A stretch of DNA of 64,000 nucleotides from a virus (taxonomy: Duplodnaviria > Caudoviricetes), in IMG/VR virus record IMGVR_UViG_3300031419_000378, positions 13,249 to 77,248 of that record; one strand, 5' to 3'. Every line of letters starts with the position of its first letter. The stretch's first letter is position 1. Shown one piece after another: positions 27,075-36,393 of the stretch. Under the pieces are notes generated by a model. The model saw nothing but the letters and a program-made list of their open reading frames with translations, was not told the origin of the DNA and did not search any database. The translations under genes were made by a program, and so were the position numbers.

Positions 27075-29477
27075 ATGACGACCTACAACACACGTAATCC
27101 GCTGGGTTCTTCCGCGGCGAAAGACTTATATGACAACGCGCAGAATCTCGACCACTTTGTTAATGATTTAGATCGGGTCGAGTGGGCTGATCGGTTTGGT
27201 GTGCTGCGTAAAACCTGGTGGGGAATGGAAACCGATTTCCAGAACCAGATGGAAGACCAGGAGCACCGGTTTGTGGTTCAGCTGCATAATCAGGCCGACC
27301 GGTTCAACGTTTTTATTCAGAACTCTGGGTATTCAGTTGTCGGTGACTATGAGAATGGACCGCTCACGATTAATGAATACAACCAGATCATTCGGTACCA
27401 GGGCGAGTTTTATAAACTAACCGCCTCTACAGATATTCCATGGGCGACTACCGGTAACGATTCAACCTCATGGGAGGCAGACTCAGCGCATCTGGTAGCG
27501 ATTGGTGATGCTGCATTGCGTCAGGAACTCGCTGCTGAGGATGGGCTGAAACAGGTAGGGCAATGTCCCGACATTTACACGCTGCGTTCGATAGAGCCAG
27601 AGGTGGATGGACAGCGTATTTTTGTGCGCGAATATGCAATTCGCACTGGAAGAGGCGGTGGGACATTCATTTATTGGGAGGACGACATTACGTCTGCAGA
27701 CGATGGTGGATACATCATTGTTACCAATGGCGGTAAGCGCTGGCGGCGCGATTGTGACCCGAGTGATTTGCACATTGAGCATTTTGGCGCAATACCGGAT
27801 GGAAAAACTGATTGTATCGATGCGATCAGAATGATGGACTCATGGAGTCAATCTCAGGCCGATAATTGCAGCCTCATTGGTGTCCAGTTCCCTGGCGGCG
27901 ATTTTGCTGTTTCATCATGGGACACCAGCGGCACATACCGCAGTCTGTTCAGGCTCGCAGGGGCTGGTGGTCAGTTTTATGGGTACAATAACCCGACAAA
28001 ACTGATTTTTATTGGTGATGCCGGCTCGATTGCATTTTCAGTACAGTCGCGTCGCGTAGAAATCGTCAATCTCGAAGTTTATGGCCAGTATGATATTGAC
28101 GACAAAGCCAGGGGTTTTTTCAAAAATATCTGCCCCGCAGGGCAGTATATTCGCGTCTCAAATTTTAGAGCATCCTATGTTGGGGGGCGGTTATTTCAGT
28201 TAATGGACACGCTGGATGCGAAATTTGACCAGTTTTATACGAGCTACACCTATGACAATATCTTCAGAGTTCTGGCTTCGGGAACAACTTCGGGTGGCTG
28301 GAACCACTCCACAGCAATTGAACTAACGAATTTTAACATCCAGCATCACCTATGTGAGGAAAGCCAGCAGGGGGCATTATTCATACCTAACTGCGGTCAG
28401 TCTCTGATATGGAATGGCTGGATAGAACACTGCACGTATCCGGGTAATCTCACCATGGGGCAATGGAATATTCATTCGCTTTCGATGGAGACTAACACCA
28501 ATCCCCTTTATATGTCTCAGAGCCGCTTCATGAATTACCTGTTCAGTAACCCTACTGGAAAAGGGATTGATGTTGACACGCAAATGACGGTCGCTTACGA
28601 CACCGGAGAATATACTTCCCGGTCAGTATCCACCTATGAAAAGGGCTTTGGAGAATGGAACACACACGGATTATATTTAAACTCGCCGGTTCGTTTTGAC
28701 TTTAATGCCACTCAGAAATATGTATCCAATATAACTTCTTCAGCCATCTGGGTATACGTGGGACATTTTTTCCTGCCAACGCTGGCTCAAACGATGAATA
28801 TTAGGGTCAGTGGCAGGACAGGCTACAGCACAGCTTCAGCGCTGGCAGGTATAGACGGCAGTGCTGTAATTTCCATTCAGAACAGGGGGTCAACAGCTTC
28901 AACCGTTTCCTGGCACTCACCCCGCAACGGGTGCATTCTCGATGTTGTTTATACACAACCCTATGAACGTGACACTCACATTTACGTAAAAATTCCGGCG
29001 TATTCTCGTGTAGGTTTCTTTGTAGAAACAAATGGCCTTTTGAGAAAAGACACCGGTACGCCTACTTACATACAGTGGGATATGTCAACAGTAGCGGATA
29101 TTTCCGCACTGAAAACGCAGGATGCTGTATCGACATGCAGTATGGGTACTACAAGCGCAGGTCTGATCGCTGATGGCGAAAACAATCTGCTCTATCTCTA
29201 TTCAGCTGCTGATACGGTCGGAGAGCTTGACGTGCTCAAGCTGGGCGTAAACGACAAAATAAAAAGCTTACCTTTAATGTCAGGAGGTGCATGGAAACTT
29301 CCTGTCTATTACTTCGAAGATCTTCCTGATGCTGCCAGTAACTGGTGGTCAATTTGTATCTGCAGAGCGTTTATCGGCGCGGATAACGTCGTTTATAAAA
29401 CACAGGTCGTACACAGTGACGGAATCTACTGGCGACCACAGCAAAACCCATCAACATATATTATAGGGTCTGCATAA
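27075..29477 (+). CDS. Tailspike with beta-helix domain resembling AmsF/WceF exopolysaccharide enzymes
   Basis: Phage-anchor N-terminus TYNT.NPLGS...DL.DN; HFGA.PDGKTD; WNHSTAIELTNFN, NGWIEHC..PG, GQW.I..LSME recalled from AmsF/WceF. Confidence 0.75.
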   Translation: MTTYNTRNPLGSSAAKDLYDNAQNLDHFVNDLDRVEWADRFGVLRKTWWGMETDFQNQMEDQEHRFVVQLHNQADRFNVFIQNSGYSVVGDYENGPLTINEYNQIIRYQGEFYKLTASTDIPWATTGNDSTSWEADSAHLVAIGDAALRQELAAEDGLKQVGQCPDIYTLRSIEPEVDGQRIFVREYAIRTGRGGGTFIYWEDDITSADDGGYIIVTNGGKRWRRDCDPSDLHIEHFGAIPDGKTDCIDAIRMMDSWSQSQADNCSLIGVQFPGGDFAVSSWDTSGTYRSLFRLAGAGGQFYGYNNPTKLIFIGDAGSIAFSVQSRRVEIVNLEVYGQYDIDDKARGFFKNICPAGQYIRVSNFRASYVGGRLFQLMDTLDAKFDQFYTSYTYDNIFRVLASGTTSGGWNHSTAIELTNFNIQHHLCEESQQGALFIPNCGQSLIWNGWIEHCTYPGNLTMGQWNIHSLSMETNTNPLYMSQSRFMNYLFSNPTGKGIDVDTQMTVAYDTGEYTSRSVSTYEKGFGEWNTHGLYLNSPVRFDFNATQKYVSNITSSAIWVYVGHFFLPTLAQTMNIRVSGRTGYSTASALAGIDGSAVISIQNRGSTASTVSWHSPRNGCILDVVYTQPYERDTHIYVKIPAYSRVGFFVETNGLLRKDTGTPTYIQWDMSTVADISALKTQDAVSTCSMGTTSAGLIADGENNLLYLYSAADTVGELDVLKLGVNDKIKSLPLMSGGAWKLPVYYFEDLPDAASNWWSICICRAFIGADNVVYKTQVVHSDGIYWRPQQNPSTYIIGSA

Positions 29478-29774
29478 ATGAGCATTACCGTAAAACAGGA
29501 AATTCAGACAACGACGAATTATGAAAATTTTGGTGTAAGTGTTGAGGGTATATTGGCAACTACCGAAATAACATACACCATCGAACGAATTGATAATTTT
29601 GACGGGAAATTGGCGACCGGCGTGTTCACTGTCCAAATCGGAGAAACTTACTCAAGCGAACGATTCCGTTTCATATTTAAGTACAGCGGCGAAGGGAACC
29701 CGCTGGACCAAGCCGAAAATGCGCTTAAAGAATGGTTTGATTCGCAGGCGTCGAGCGCGGCGATAGAGGAGTGA
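29478..29774 (+). CDS. Hypothetical tail-associated protein
   Basis: Starts 1 nt after the tailspike stop. Confidence 0.65.
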   Translation: MSITVKQEIQTTTNYENFGVSVEGILATTEITYTIERIDNFDGKLATGVFTVQIGETYSSERFRFIFKYSGEGNPLDQAENALKEWFDSQASSAAIEE

Positions 29775-29801
29775 TATGTGTTGAAAGCGATTGATCAGTT
29801 G

Positions 29802-29831
29802 TACCGATCAATATGAAGAAATTGATCGGTA
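29802..29831. repeat. Perfect 11-bp inverted repeat TACCGATCAAT-N8-ATTGATCGGTA
   Basis: Directly visible; an extra half-site ATTGATCAGT lies at 29790-29799. Confidence 0.85.
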
Positions 29832-29895
29832 GAATGTTTTAGTAATGCGGTAAGTGTAGGGATATATTTGAATGCAGTTAGAGGGAGCTAATTGC

Positions 29896-30006
29896 ATGAA
29901 GGCTAAAACAGGGTGGAAGCTAATATTTGCAGGGTGTGTGATAGCGTGGTTAATAATAATGGTGCTTGTGGTTAATCTTTGTAGTAAATACTTTGATTGT
30001 TTTTGA
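29896..30006 (+). CDS. 36-aa single-TM peptide (missing from ORF track)
   Basis: GAGGGAG RBS; MKAKTGWKLIFAGCVIAWLIIMVLVVNLCSKYFDCF; terminator follows. Confidence 0.5.
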   Translation: MKAKTGWKLIFAGCVIAWLIIMVLVVNLCSKYFDCF

Positions 30007-30020
30007 TCTGCCAACACCAG

Positions 30021-30044
30021 ACCCGGCTTTCGCCGGGTTTTTTT
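30021..30044 (+). terminator. Rho-independent terminator
   Basis: ACCCGGC-TTTC-GCCGGGT followed by a T run. Confidence 0.8.
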
Positions 30045-30151
30045 ACTTTTAAATAAAAATTTATGGAACGCGCCTCGCCTGACTGAGCCTTAGTCCTGTA
30101 TTTTCTAAACGACGGAATTACAATGACGCCTCTCACATAGTAGGAGGCATT

Positions 30152-30340
30152 ATGGAACAGGAATTCGAGGCGCAAGCCTATGACGCAGCATGCAGAGCAA
30201 TTGGAGAGGCTGTCTGGCAACTGGTTACTGGTGGGGAGCCAGTGAGACCGGCTAACATTGCCAGCAGAATTCTGGCTCTTTCAGAGAGTCGTGATGATCT
30301 GGCGGCCAGCATTGCATTGTCGGTGCTTTTAAAGGCCTAA
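30152..30340 (+). CDS. Small prophage hypothetical protein
   Basis: AGGAGG RBS, 62 aa. Confidence 0.65.
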   Translation: MEQEFEAQAYDAACRAIGEAVWQLVTGGEPVRPANIASRILALSESRDDLAASIALSVLLKA

Positions 30341-30387
30341 AAGGCGACGGCTCAGGCAATACAAATCCAATCTTCAAAGCAATCAAT

Positions 30388-30411
30388 GTCCGCTTTGTGC
30401 CAGAAGCGGGC
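30388..30411 (+). repeat. 24-bp palindromic cassette repeat, forward copy A1
   Basis: GTCCGCTTTGTGCCAGAAGCGGGC. Confidence 0.9.
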
Positions 30412-30459
30412 CTTGCTAAGATCAATTGAGTTAATTAACCAAACACAGATCAGTCCGTT

Positions 30460-31653
30460 TTATCTCATATTCGCAATATTTATTTCATCATATTCTTGGA
30501 GTTCAACCGTCACACGTATTATTGGAAATTTTCTAGGTCTATATTTACCAATTACAGTTGTCTTGACAGGAGGATAAAGCTGCAAAATATCACTCACACC
30601 ATTGAATAGAGGCCGAAATTTTTTTGATGAAACCATCCCTAATAATATTTTTTCCACTAAATAACTAAACGAAAGATGAGGATTTGTCTGCATGGTATAA
30701 AATAACAATTTAACAACAGATTGGCCGTTCAAGCCGAATGATTTCAATAGCGTAATTAGCTGAGGAGCATGAAGACACATTCTCGATGATATTATACGAT
30801 TTTGAGTTGTGACACTAGATGGGAAATAGGACGGCTTTCCGAGTTGCTTGCTGCGGGCAAGAACATGGTGCACTACCCTTTCCCATGCGGAATTGAAATA
30901 GCGGGCGTTATCAAAATACTCCCCAACCTGACTGCCAGCGACATTATTATTCTGATAAAAACCACTGAGCAACGATCCTAGAGTTTTGTCACATGGATCA
31001 TTCATTAAAGCTTTTCCAACCATCCATCGGCAAGGCCAGATCGGTGATGAGTTAGCATTTCTCGTCGAGGCAGCAACTCCATACCAAGCAAATCGACAGG
31101 GATCAGAATTTGGAGCCTTAGTTAAGTCAACATTACTCTCTTCAACTTTAGTTGTATTGGATGAATATGATATGTCAAATTTTGACCATTTACTATAAAG
31201 CTCAAATTCTTTATAGGTGCTATTTTTTTTCGAAGAATCATATTTCGTGACAGGAACATGGCACACTTGGCTTTCTTTTTCCGTTATTTTTGCCTGTAAA
31301 ATAAACGCTTTATTTCTTTCGCTTAATACACTTTGTGATTGCATGTCAATAATCTTTTCATCAAAGATAAACATTGCATCGCCAAGTTCAACTTTCTTAT
31401 CAAATGGTTTTCCACTGCATAATTTTGCGTAAGGTGCCTTGTCAATCCAGCACAACTGAGAGTTTACATCAATAAAAAGTCTGGGGTTTTTTTGTTTCTC
31501 ATGCTTGTAAATTATTTCTGATAGTTCATCCAGAAAACGTGGTGTAAACAATGCTCCAAGTTGTGTTAGCTCGCCGCCAGTTACATTCCGGCACATCTTA
31601 TTTATAAGATCATCAATCTCTTTCGCCATATTCTCACCACTCACTTTAAACAC
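30460..31653 (-). CDS. Putative PD-(D/E)XK nuclease-fold protein
   Basis: VELGDAMF...FILQAKI fits the E..D...QxK restriction-endonuclease motif; AT-rich. Confidence 0.55.
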   Translation of the reverse strand: MFKVSGENMAKEIDDLINKMCRNVTGGELTQLGALFTPRFLDELSEIIYKHEKQKNPRLFIDVNSQLCWIDKAPYAKLCSGKPFDKKVELGDAMFIFDEKIIDMQSQSVLSERNKAFILQAKITEKESQVCHVPVTKYDSSKKNSTYKEFELYSKWSKFDISYSSNTTKVEESNVDLTKAPNSDPCRFAWYGVAASTRNANSSPIWPCRWMVGKALMNDPCDKTLGSLLSGFYQNNNVAGSQVGEYFDNARYFNSAWERVVHHVLARSKQLGKPSYFPSSVTTQNRIISSRMCLHAPQLITLLKSFGLNGQSVVKLLFYTMQTNPHLSFSYLVEKILLGMVSSKKFRPLFNGVSDILQLYPPVKTTVIGKYRPRKFPIIRVTVELQEYDEINIANMR

Positions 31654-31746
31654 CCCTTAACATTGTAAATTTTAAATAAAAATCAGACCATCATCATATA
31701 ATAGTTTACAGACTTCTCTCTCTGCTACTACTGGAGGATAAGCTGA

Positions 31747-32109
31747 ATGCTTCTGGATAAGCTCAAATTACTCGAATGCAGCCTTCACGGTGATTGGCGC
31801 AACGATGGGGAGTGGCTTGAGCAGCTTCTCCACCCTGAATTTAAGGAGATTACCCGGTCAGGCGTGATGGTTGACCGTTCAGTAACGATCTCGTCACTAT
31901 TAAACGAGAAAAAGTCATCGCCTATTATAAGCAGCGATTTCTGGCTCACTGAAATGGGGAGTGGCTGCGCCATTCTTCACTACCGTACGTCTTGTGCTGA
32001 CGGAAGCCATCCTGCATTGCGCTCCTCATGCTGGTTGTATTCGGAGGAAGGCCAGTGGACTCTGTTTTTTCATCAGGCCACGCCTGCAGCATGTAGCCTA
32101 GGTTTGTGA
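31747..32109 (+). CDS. DUF4440/NTF2-like protein
   Basis: LLHPEF.EI..SG and RSSCW...W...FHQ.TP. Confidence 0.8.
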   Translation: MLLDKLKLLECSLHGDWRNDGEWLEQLLHPEFKEITRSGVMVDRSVTISSLLNEKKSSPIISSDFWLTEMGSGCAILHYRTSCADGSHPALRSSCWLYSEEGQWTLFFHQATPAACSLGL

Positions 32110-32183
32110 TCGAACACTATACTCGCTGGCAGGCTCATTAAACACTGCCAGTTGTCTGTTATTTGATGTAGTCATCAGTAAAT

Positions 32184-32207
32184 GTCCGCTTTTCGCTCAT
32201 AGCGGAC
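32184..32207 (-). repeat. 24-bp palindromic repeat, inverted copy B1
   Basis: GTCCGCTTTTCGCTCATAGCGGAC. Confidence 0.9.
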
Positions 32208-32226
32208 CTTTAATCTTACATGTACG

Positions 32227-32415
32227 TTATCGATTTCCACAGACATCAACTTTTTCACCTGTAAGTCTTTCAACCATCTCCAATGCGTCCGGATCGCCAT
32301 GCCAGGCCATGCAACTTAAACAGTCTCCGCCACAGTCAAAATTCAATGTGTCTGGTGTCTTACTCATTGGCTGATTACAGGTCTGGCAATTGCTTTCTTT
32401 CACTGGAAGTGGCAT
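32227..32415 (-). CDS. Small Cys-rich putative Zn-binding protein
   Basis: CxxC, DCGGDCLSCMA, GDPD. Confidence 0.55.
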   Translation of the reverse strand: MPLPVKESNCQTCNQPMSKTPDTLNFDCGGDCLSCMAWHGDPDALEMVERLTGEKVDVCGNR

Positions 32416-32462
32416 CCGTTTTTAGATTTTTATTTCTATGTTACCTAACATATCACCCTTAA

Positions 32463-32525
32463 ATCCGTTCCTCACTCATAGCGGACTCTAGCCTGCCGTC
32501 AGTCCGCTTTGTGCCAGAAGCGGAC
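32463..32525. repeat. 63-bp doublet: inverted repeat B2 + 15-nt linker + forward repeat A2
   Basis: ATCCGTTCCTCACTCATAGCGGAC-TCTAGCCTGCCGTCA-GTCCGCTTTGTGCCAGAAGCGGAC. Confidence 0.9.
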
Positions 32526-32657
32526 GTTAGTAACGTCGGAGCTGCATAAATTAGAGGGGAGAAGGTTAAACAAAGGGATGAGATCACTTTCACAGTAAAA
32601 AAAGTAAATTTATGTTATCCATGACTATCTCATGCTATAAAAATCACCCATGGATAA

Positions 32658-33908
32658 ATGCACTTCGATACAAGGAACTATTGGATGGACTTTTTCGAAA
32701 TTGACGAAGATACTGATTTAGACCTCCTTCATTTCAAATTTAAGGATCTGAATAACCAGTTAGGGTACGTCGGTGCTAAAGAGGTTGTTTCTTCTTGGGG
32801 AAATGACTTTTATGATCGCGATAAAAAAGCTAAAAAAGAATTTCAAACATCGTTTCACTCTACTTTTTGGGAGCTCTATCTTCACGCAGTACTGAAGGAA
32901 ATGAACTTCAAAGTTAGCGAAAAGCATAATCGACCAGACTTTATCGTCGAAGCCCCCAAAGAGATGTACATTGAAGCAGTAGTGTCAGAGATTAAAAAAG
33001 ATGGTACTCCTGAAAAACTACGAACTCTAGAGGATGTTGAGGCCAACTTACGGCCGATTAAAACCAAGCGTGAGTTTACAGATATCATCGATGAGGCAAT
33101 ATCACGTCATTCTAACTCCCTAAAATCAAAGCTAGGAAAATACACTGGATATACACGCAAAGATAATACGCCTATTAAAGGATACGTCGATTGTAATTGG
33201 GTTTCGCCTAAGGCTCCATATATAATAGCCTTATCCTCCCATGACCAAATTGCCTATGGCAGAGAATTTATTTATTCCATGTTTGCTTTACTGTATGGGC
33301 ACTATTACGACCCAGAAAATAAAGTATACACCAAAAAAAATAAAATTAAGAAACCCGGCACTGATTCGGATTTAAATCTTGGAATTTTTTTTAACCCAGA
33401 ATTCAAAGAAGTTTCAGCGGTTTTATTTTGCAACACACTGACATTAGGTAAACTCTCTTCGCTACATAAATCAGAAAAAATAAATTTCGATACAGTTCTA
33501 AACATTAGATATTTGCAAGATGAACCGCATTTTCGTGTGCATGAAGTAACACCAGAAAATCCCGAGCAATTACTTGATGGTCTGTACATATTCCATAACC
33601 CACTTGCCAAAAACAAAATAGATTTCGATCTATTTAATAAGTTAGCACAATTCTCTGTGGACGAATATGGGCCACATCAAATTGGCAATTATCCTCTACT
33701 AGTGTCTAGGTTTCACACCAATATGTTGCCTAGTTCAATAATCCCAAGTATAAAGACTGATGCTTTTTCAAGCTACAACCCAGAGTACTGTATGCGAGAA
33801 CTCAAAAAAGAGAGCTGTCTTTTAAAGCCCGCTAAAAGCGAAAGGATCAGGCAAAAGAAAAAAAGGACAAATAAAATCGCGAAGACTTCCCGCAGAAAAA
33901 ATAGATGA
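32658..33908 (+). CDS. Putative PD-(D/E)XK-fold protein
   Basis: FHSTFWELYL...RPDFIV...YIEAV; AT-rich single-gene cassette. Confidence 0.55.
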   Translation: MHFDTRNYWMDFFEIDEDTDLDLLHFKFKDLNNQLGYVGAKEVVSSWGNDFYDRDKKAKKEFQTSFHSTFWELYLHAVLKEMNFKVSEKHNRPDFIVEAPKEMYIEAVVSEIKKDGTPEKLRTLEDVEANLRPIKTKREFTDIIDEAISRHSNSLKSKLGKYTGYTRKDNTPIKGYVDCNWVSPKAPYIIALSSHDQIAYGREFIYSMFALLYGHYYDPENKVYTKKNKIKKPGTDSDLNLGIFFNPEFKEVSAVLFCNTLTLGKLSSLHKSEKINFDTVLNIRYLQDEPHFRVHEVTPENPEQLLDGLYIFHNPLAKNKIDFDLFNKLAQFSVDEYGPHQIGNYPLLVSRFHTNMLPSSIIPSIKTDAFSSYNPEYCMRELKKESCLLKPAKSERIRQKKKRTNKIAKTSRRKNR

Positions 33909-33981
33909 GAAACTTTAATTTCATCAACTATTTATCAGCGCTAAATCTTCCCTCACAGCAAACTTGATGACTACTAACCCT

Positions 33982-34005
33982 GTCTGCAGCGTGCCAGAAG
34001 CGGAC
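33982..34005 (+). repeat. Palindromic repeat, degenerate forward copy A3
   Basis: GTCTGCAGCGTGCCAGAAGCGGAC. Confidence 0.8.
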
Positions 34006-34173
34006 AGGGTTGGACTGTATATAGTTCATGCTACCTCTACTTGCGTTACCAGATAATTTAGTCACTACAAAGCTAAAAATCTTGGTAAATGATTTAGTCA
34101 GTCATTCAATCATCGCACGTTTATTGCATCACTTAGGTTGTATTAGAATAGCCATATTATTTAGGAGACGATC

Positions 34174-35064
34174 ATGTTTAAGTATGCCGTAAACTCGCTA
34201 GCAGATTATGTTTCAACAGTTACAGAAATAGTAAATGAAGTCGATGACATATGGTTTAGAGGACATGCTTGCGCTTCATATAGATTAGCACCTTCGGTAT
34301 TACGTGATACCGTTCCTTTAACTGATGCCAGAGGTAATAGGGTCGAAAATGGTCAGGTGATACGTTCAGAGGGCGGTCATGTAACAGGTCTTAGTCCCGA
34401 AAATATGTTTTATGAATTTAAGTCTCGAGCGGTTCCTTTTTTGAATCGAGAGCCCTCAAATAATTTTGAGTGGATGTTCTTGATGCAGCACTATGGCGTA
34501 CCAACGAGGCTGTTAGACTGGACGACAAACGCCTTAGTTGCGTTATTCTTTGCTATCGAATCAAATCCTACCTCTGACGAAGAGAGGCATTACAACGAAT
34601 GGCCCTCGCAAAATTTTATGGAAAGCGATGAGTTTTGCTCGGAAGGAGCTGCTGTTTTTGCCATAAGCCCATCAGAATTGAATTATCTAACAGTCTCAAA
34701 CAGATCAAAAATTTATATTTGTGAAGAGGCTGATAAATGGAGTCATTACTTCGATCCAATGAATAAAAAAGATGGTTGTAATTTTCTTCCAATTGCAGTC
34801 CAATCAAGTCATATTGATACGAGAATAAGATCACAATCGGGCCACTTTACATTACATGGTTCAAATACATGGGAATTAGACTATTATGATGAGCTTCGTA
34901 AAATTATACATAAAATATTTATACCATATGAAGTGGTACCCCAAATGCTTAAAGATTTGCAAGCTCTAGGTATAACGGAGTCATTTATATATCCGGGACT
35001 AGAATCGTTGTCGCGAGATATCAAAAGAAGCGAAGTTTTTAAATTCAACGGCAAAAAGCTTTAG
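34174..35064 (+). CDS. FRG-domain protein
   Basis: WFRGH, MQHYGVPTRLLDWTTNALVALFFA, RIRSQSGHF. Confidence 0.9.
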   Translation: MFKYAVNSLADYVSTVTEIVNEVDDIWFRGHACASYRLAPSVLRDTVPLTDARGNRVENGQVIRSEGGHVTGLSPENMFYEFKSRAVPFLNREPSNNFEWMFLMQHYGVPTRLLDWTTNALVALFFAIESNPTSDEERHYNEWPSQNFMESDEFCSEGAAVFAISPSELNYLTVSNRSKIYICEEADKWSHYFDPMNKKDGCNFLPIAVQSSHIDTRIRSQSGHFTLHGSNTWELDYYDELRKIIHKIFIPYEVVPQMLKDLQALGITESFIYPGLESLSRDIKRSEVFKFNGKKL

Positions 35065-35105
35065 CATTTCATTACAACCTGCTAGCCGCTGAACATGGAG
35101 TCAAT

Positions 35106-35168
35106 GGCGGCTTATCGCTCATAGCGGACATTGGGCTGGATAGCGTCCGCATTGTGCCAGAAGCGGAC
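35106..35168. repeat. 63-bp doublet B3-15nt-A4
   Basis: GGCGGCTTATCGCTCATAGCGGAC-ATTGGGCTGGATAGC-GTCCGCATTGTGCCAGAAGCGGAC. Confidence 0.9.
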
Positions 35169-35460
35169 GTAGCTAACAATATTTTGTAAGGAGCAACTGG
35201 GGCAGTTCAGCGCGCCACAGTAATTCGCTGCGCAGGAAGTTAAGCTGCTTATATAAGTTTTTCCAAAAATTTAATTTTTAGCATCTGGCGTAAAGAAAAC
35301 CTACGTATTGCGAAAGAAAATTCTAATTAGGGGCTTAGGTTAGGTAATTGTGAGATAGGAGGTGGGATTTAGGAATTTGGCTATATAAGGAATCGAATAG
35401 AATGGCTCTAAATATTAAGAGCCATCACAATACAAAGCACGCTACATTAAAAAAATAAAA

Positions 35461-36213
35461 TTAGCCATCATCTTGAATGGAACAAATACAATTTGCTAGC
35501 CGTGTCGGCTTTAAAAGTCGATAAGCATATTTTCCTTTTAAACTCTGAATATGCCCTAACAATGTGTATCCACTACGTCTTGATAAGTTACTTTTTAAAT
35601 CGGATTCAACTTTAGTATAGTCTTTCACAAAAGCATTGTTTGGTGACTCAATCATTGCTTCTATAATATCAGCCAACCCTTTAAAACCCATTTTTAAATT
35701 ATCTAGAGCGACCACATTTAACTCTTCAATGGCTAGCGTCAAGTCAGGACTTATATCAGTTACACTATCACCTTGAAAAGCGACAACCCATTGCCCATGA
35801 GCAATCCTATTCCTGAGTGCACTTGGCGTTTTCACATAGTCAATGATTAATTTTTTAATATAAGTATCAGCGGAAGATAATTGAACGGAATTGAATGTTG
35901 GTGCTGATAAAACTTTAGCCTTAGCTACTTTTAAGCATCTACGCCATTGAGCTTCCATTCCTTTTAATTTTTTTATACTCTCTATTTCGCTTAATTCAAA
36001 ACCATAAGGAGTATGAATTAATTTTGAGAATAACGCTTCAGTCCAAGCAGAATAAATTAGCGAAAGAGTTTTCGTATGGATTCTTGCCTCAGTATCTCGA
36101 TCATTTTTTAAGGCAAGATTCAAACTAATCTTAGCGATGCGCCAAGCTCGATCTAATTCTTTTATGTTCTTTGTTTGAGATTGGAACACGATAAGTTGTT
36201 GGGCTCTATCCAT
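35461..36213 (-). CDS. HEPN-like protein (RX4H motif), putative RNase
   Basis: LRNRIAHG motif in an all-helical 250-aa protein; N-terminal YSAWTEA. Confidence 0.6.
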   Translation of the reverse strand: MDRAQQLIVFQSQTKNIKELDRAWRIAKISLNLALKNDRDTEARIHTKTLSLIYSAWTEALFSKLIHTPYGFELSEIESIKKLKGMEAQWRRCLKVAKAKVLSAPTFNSVQLSSADTYIKKLIIDYVKTPSALRNRIAHGQWVVAFQGDSVTDISPDLTLAIEELNVVALDNLKMGFKGLADIIEAMIESPNNAFVKDYTKVESDLKSNLSRRSGYTLLGHIQSLKGKYAYRLLKPTRLANCICSIQDDG

Positions 36214-36275
36214 AACGCGCCTTAGGATGAAGTTTGCGACTCACAAGTATGGAAAAAACACTTAGAAAATATTTT

Positions 36276-36364
36276 TTCCATACCTGGAATTGAACCAGGA
36301 ACCTCCTTCAAACCTCAATAGATGCAGATTTAAAGGCGCTCTACCAAATTTGAGCTATATGGGC
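36276..36364 (-). ncRNA. tRNA-like RNA (89 nt) with extended, non-canonical anticodon arm
   Basis: GCCCATA-TA-GCTC-AAATTTGGTA-GAGC-G-CCTTT-[22 nt]-GAAGG-AGGTT-CCTGG-TTCAATT-CCAGG-TATGGAA; perfect D and T arms, 5/7 acceptor pairs, no CCA. Confidence 0.7.
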
Positions 36365-36393
36365 ATAGTTATAGTTACAAGCATGTTAAGTTT

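Larger units (their letters stand above)
1..30340 (+). mobile_element. Lambdoid siphovirus prophage, late region (lysis-packaging-head-tail); left end outside the window
   Basis: Co-oriented holin, endolysin, spanin, terminase, portal, capsid, tail tube, tape measure and tailspike genes in canonical order. Confidence 0.95.

Noticed and set aside
30386-30577. ORF MSALCQKRAL...
   Set aside because: It is the translation of repeat A1 and overlaps the antisense gene at 30460-31653
36276-36364. Functional suppressor (CUA) or Cys (GCA) tRNA
   Set aside because: Both triplets occur in the arm but not in a canonical 5-bp stem with 7-nt loop; weak acceptor and no CCA, so reported only as tRNA-like
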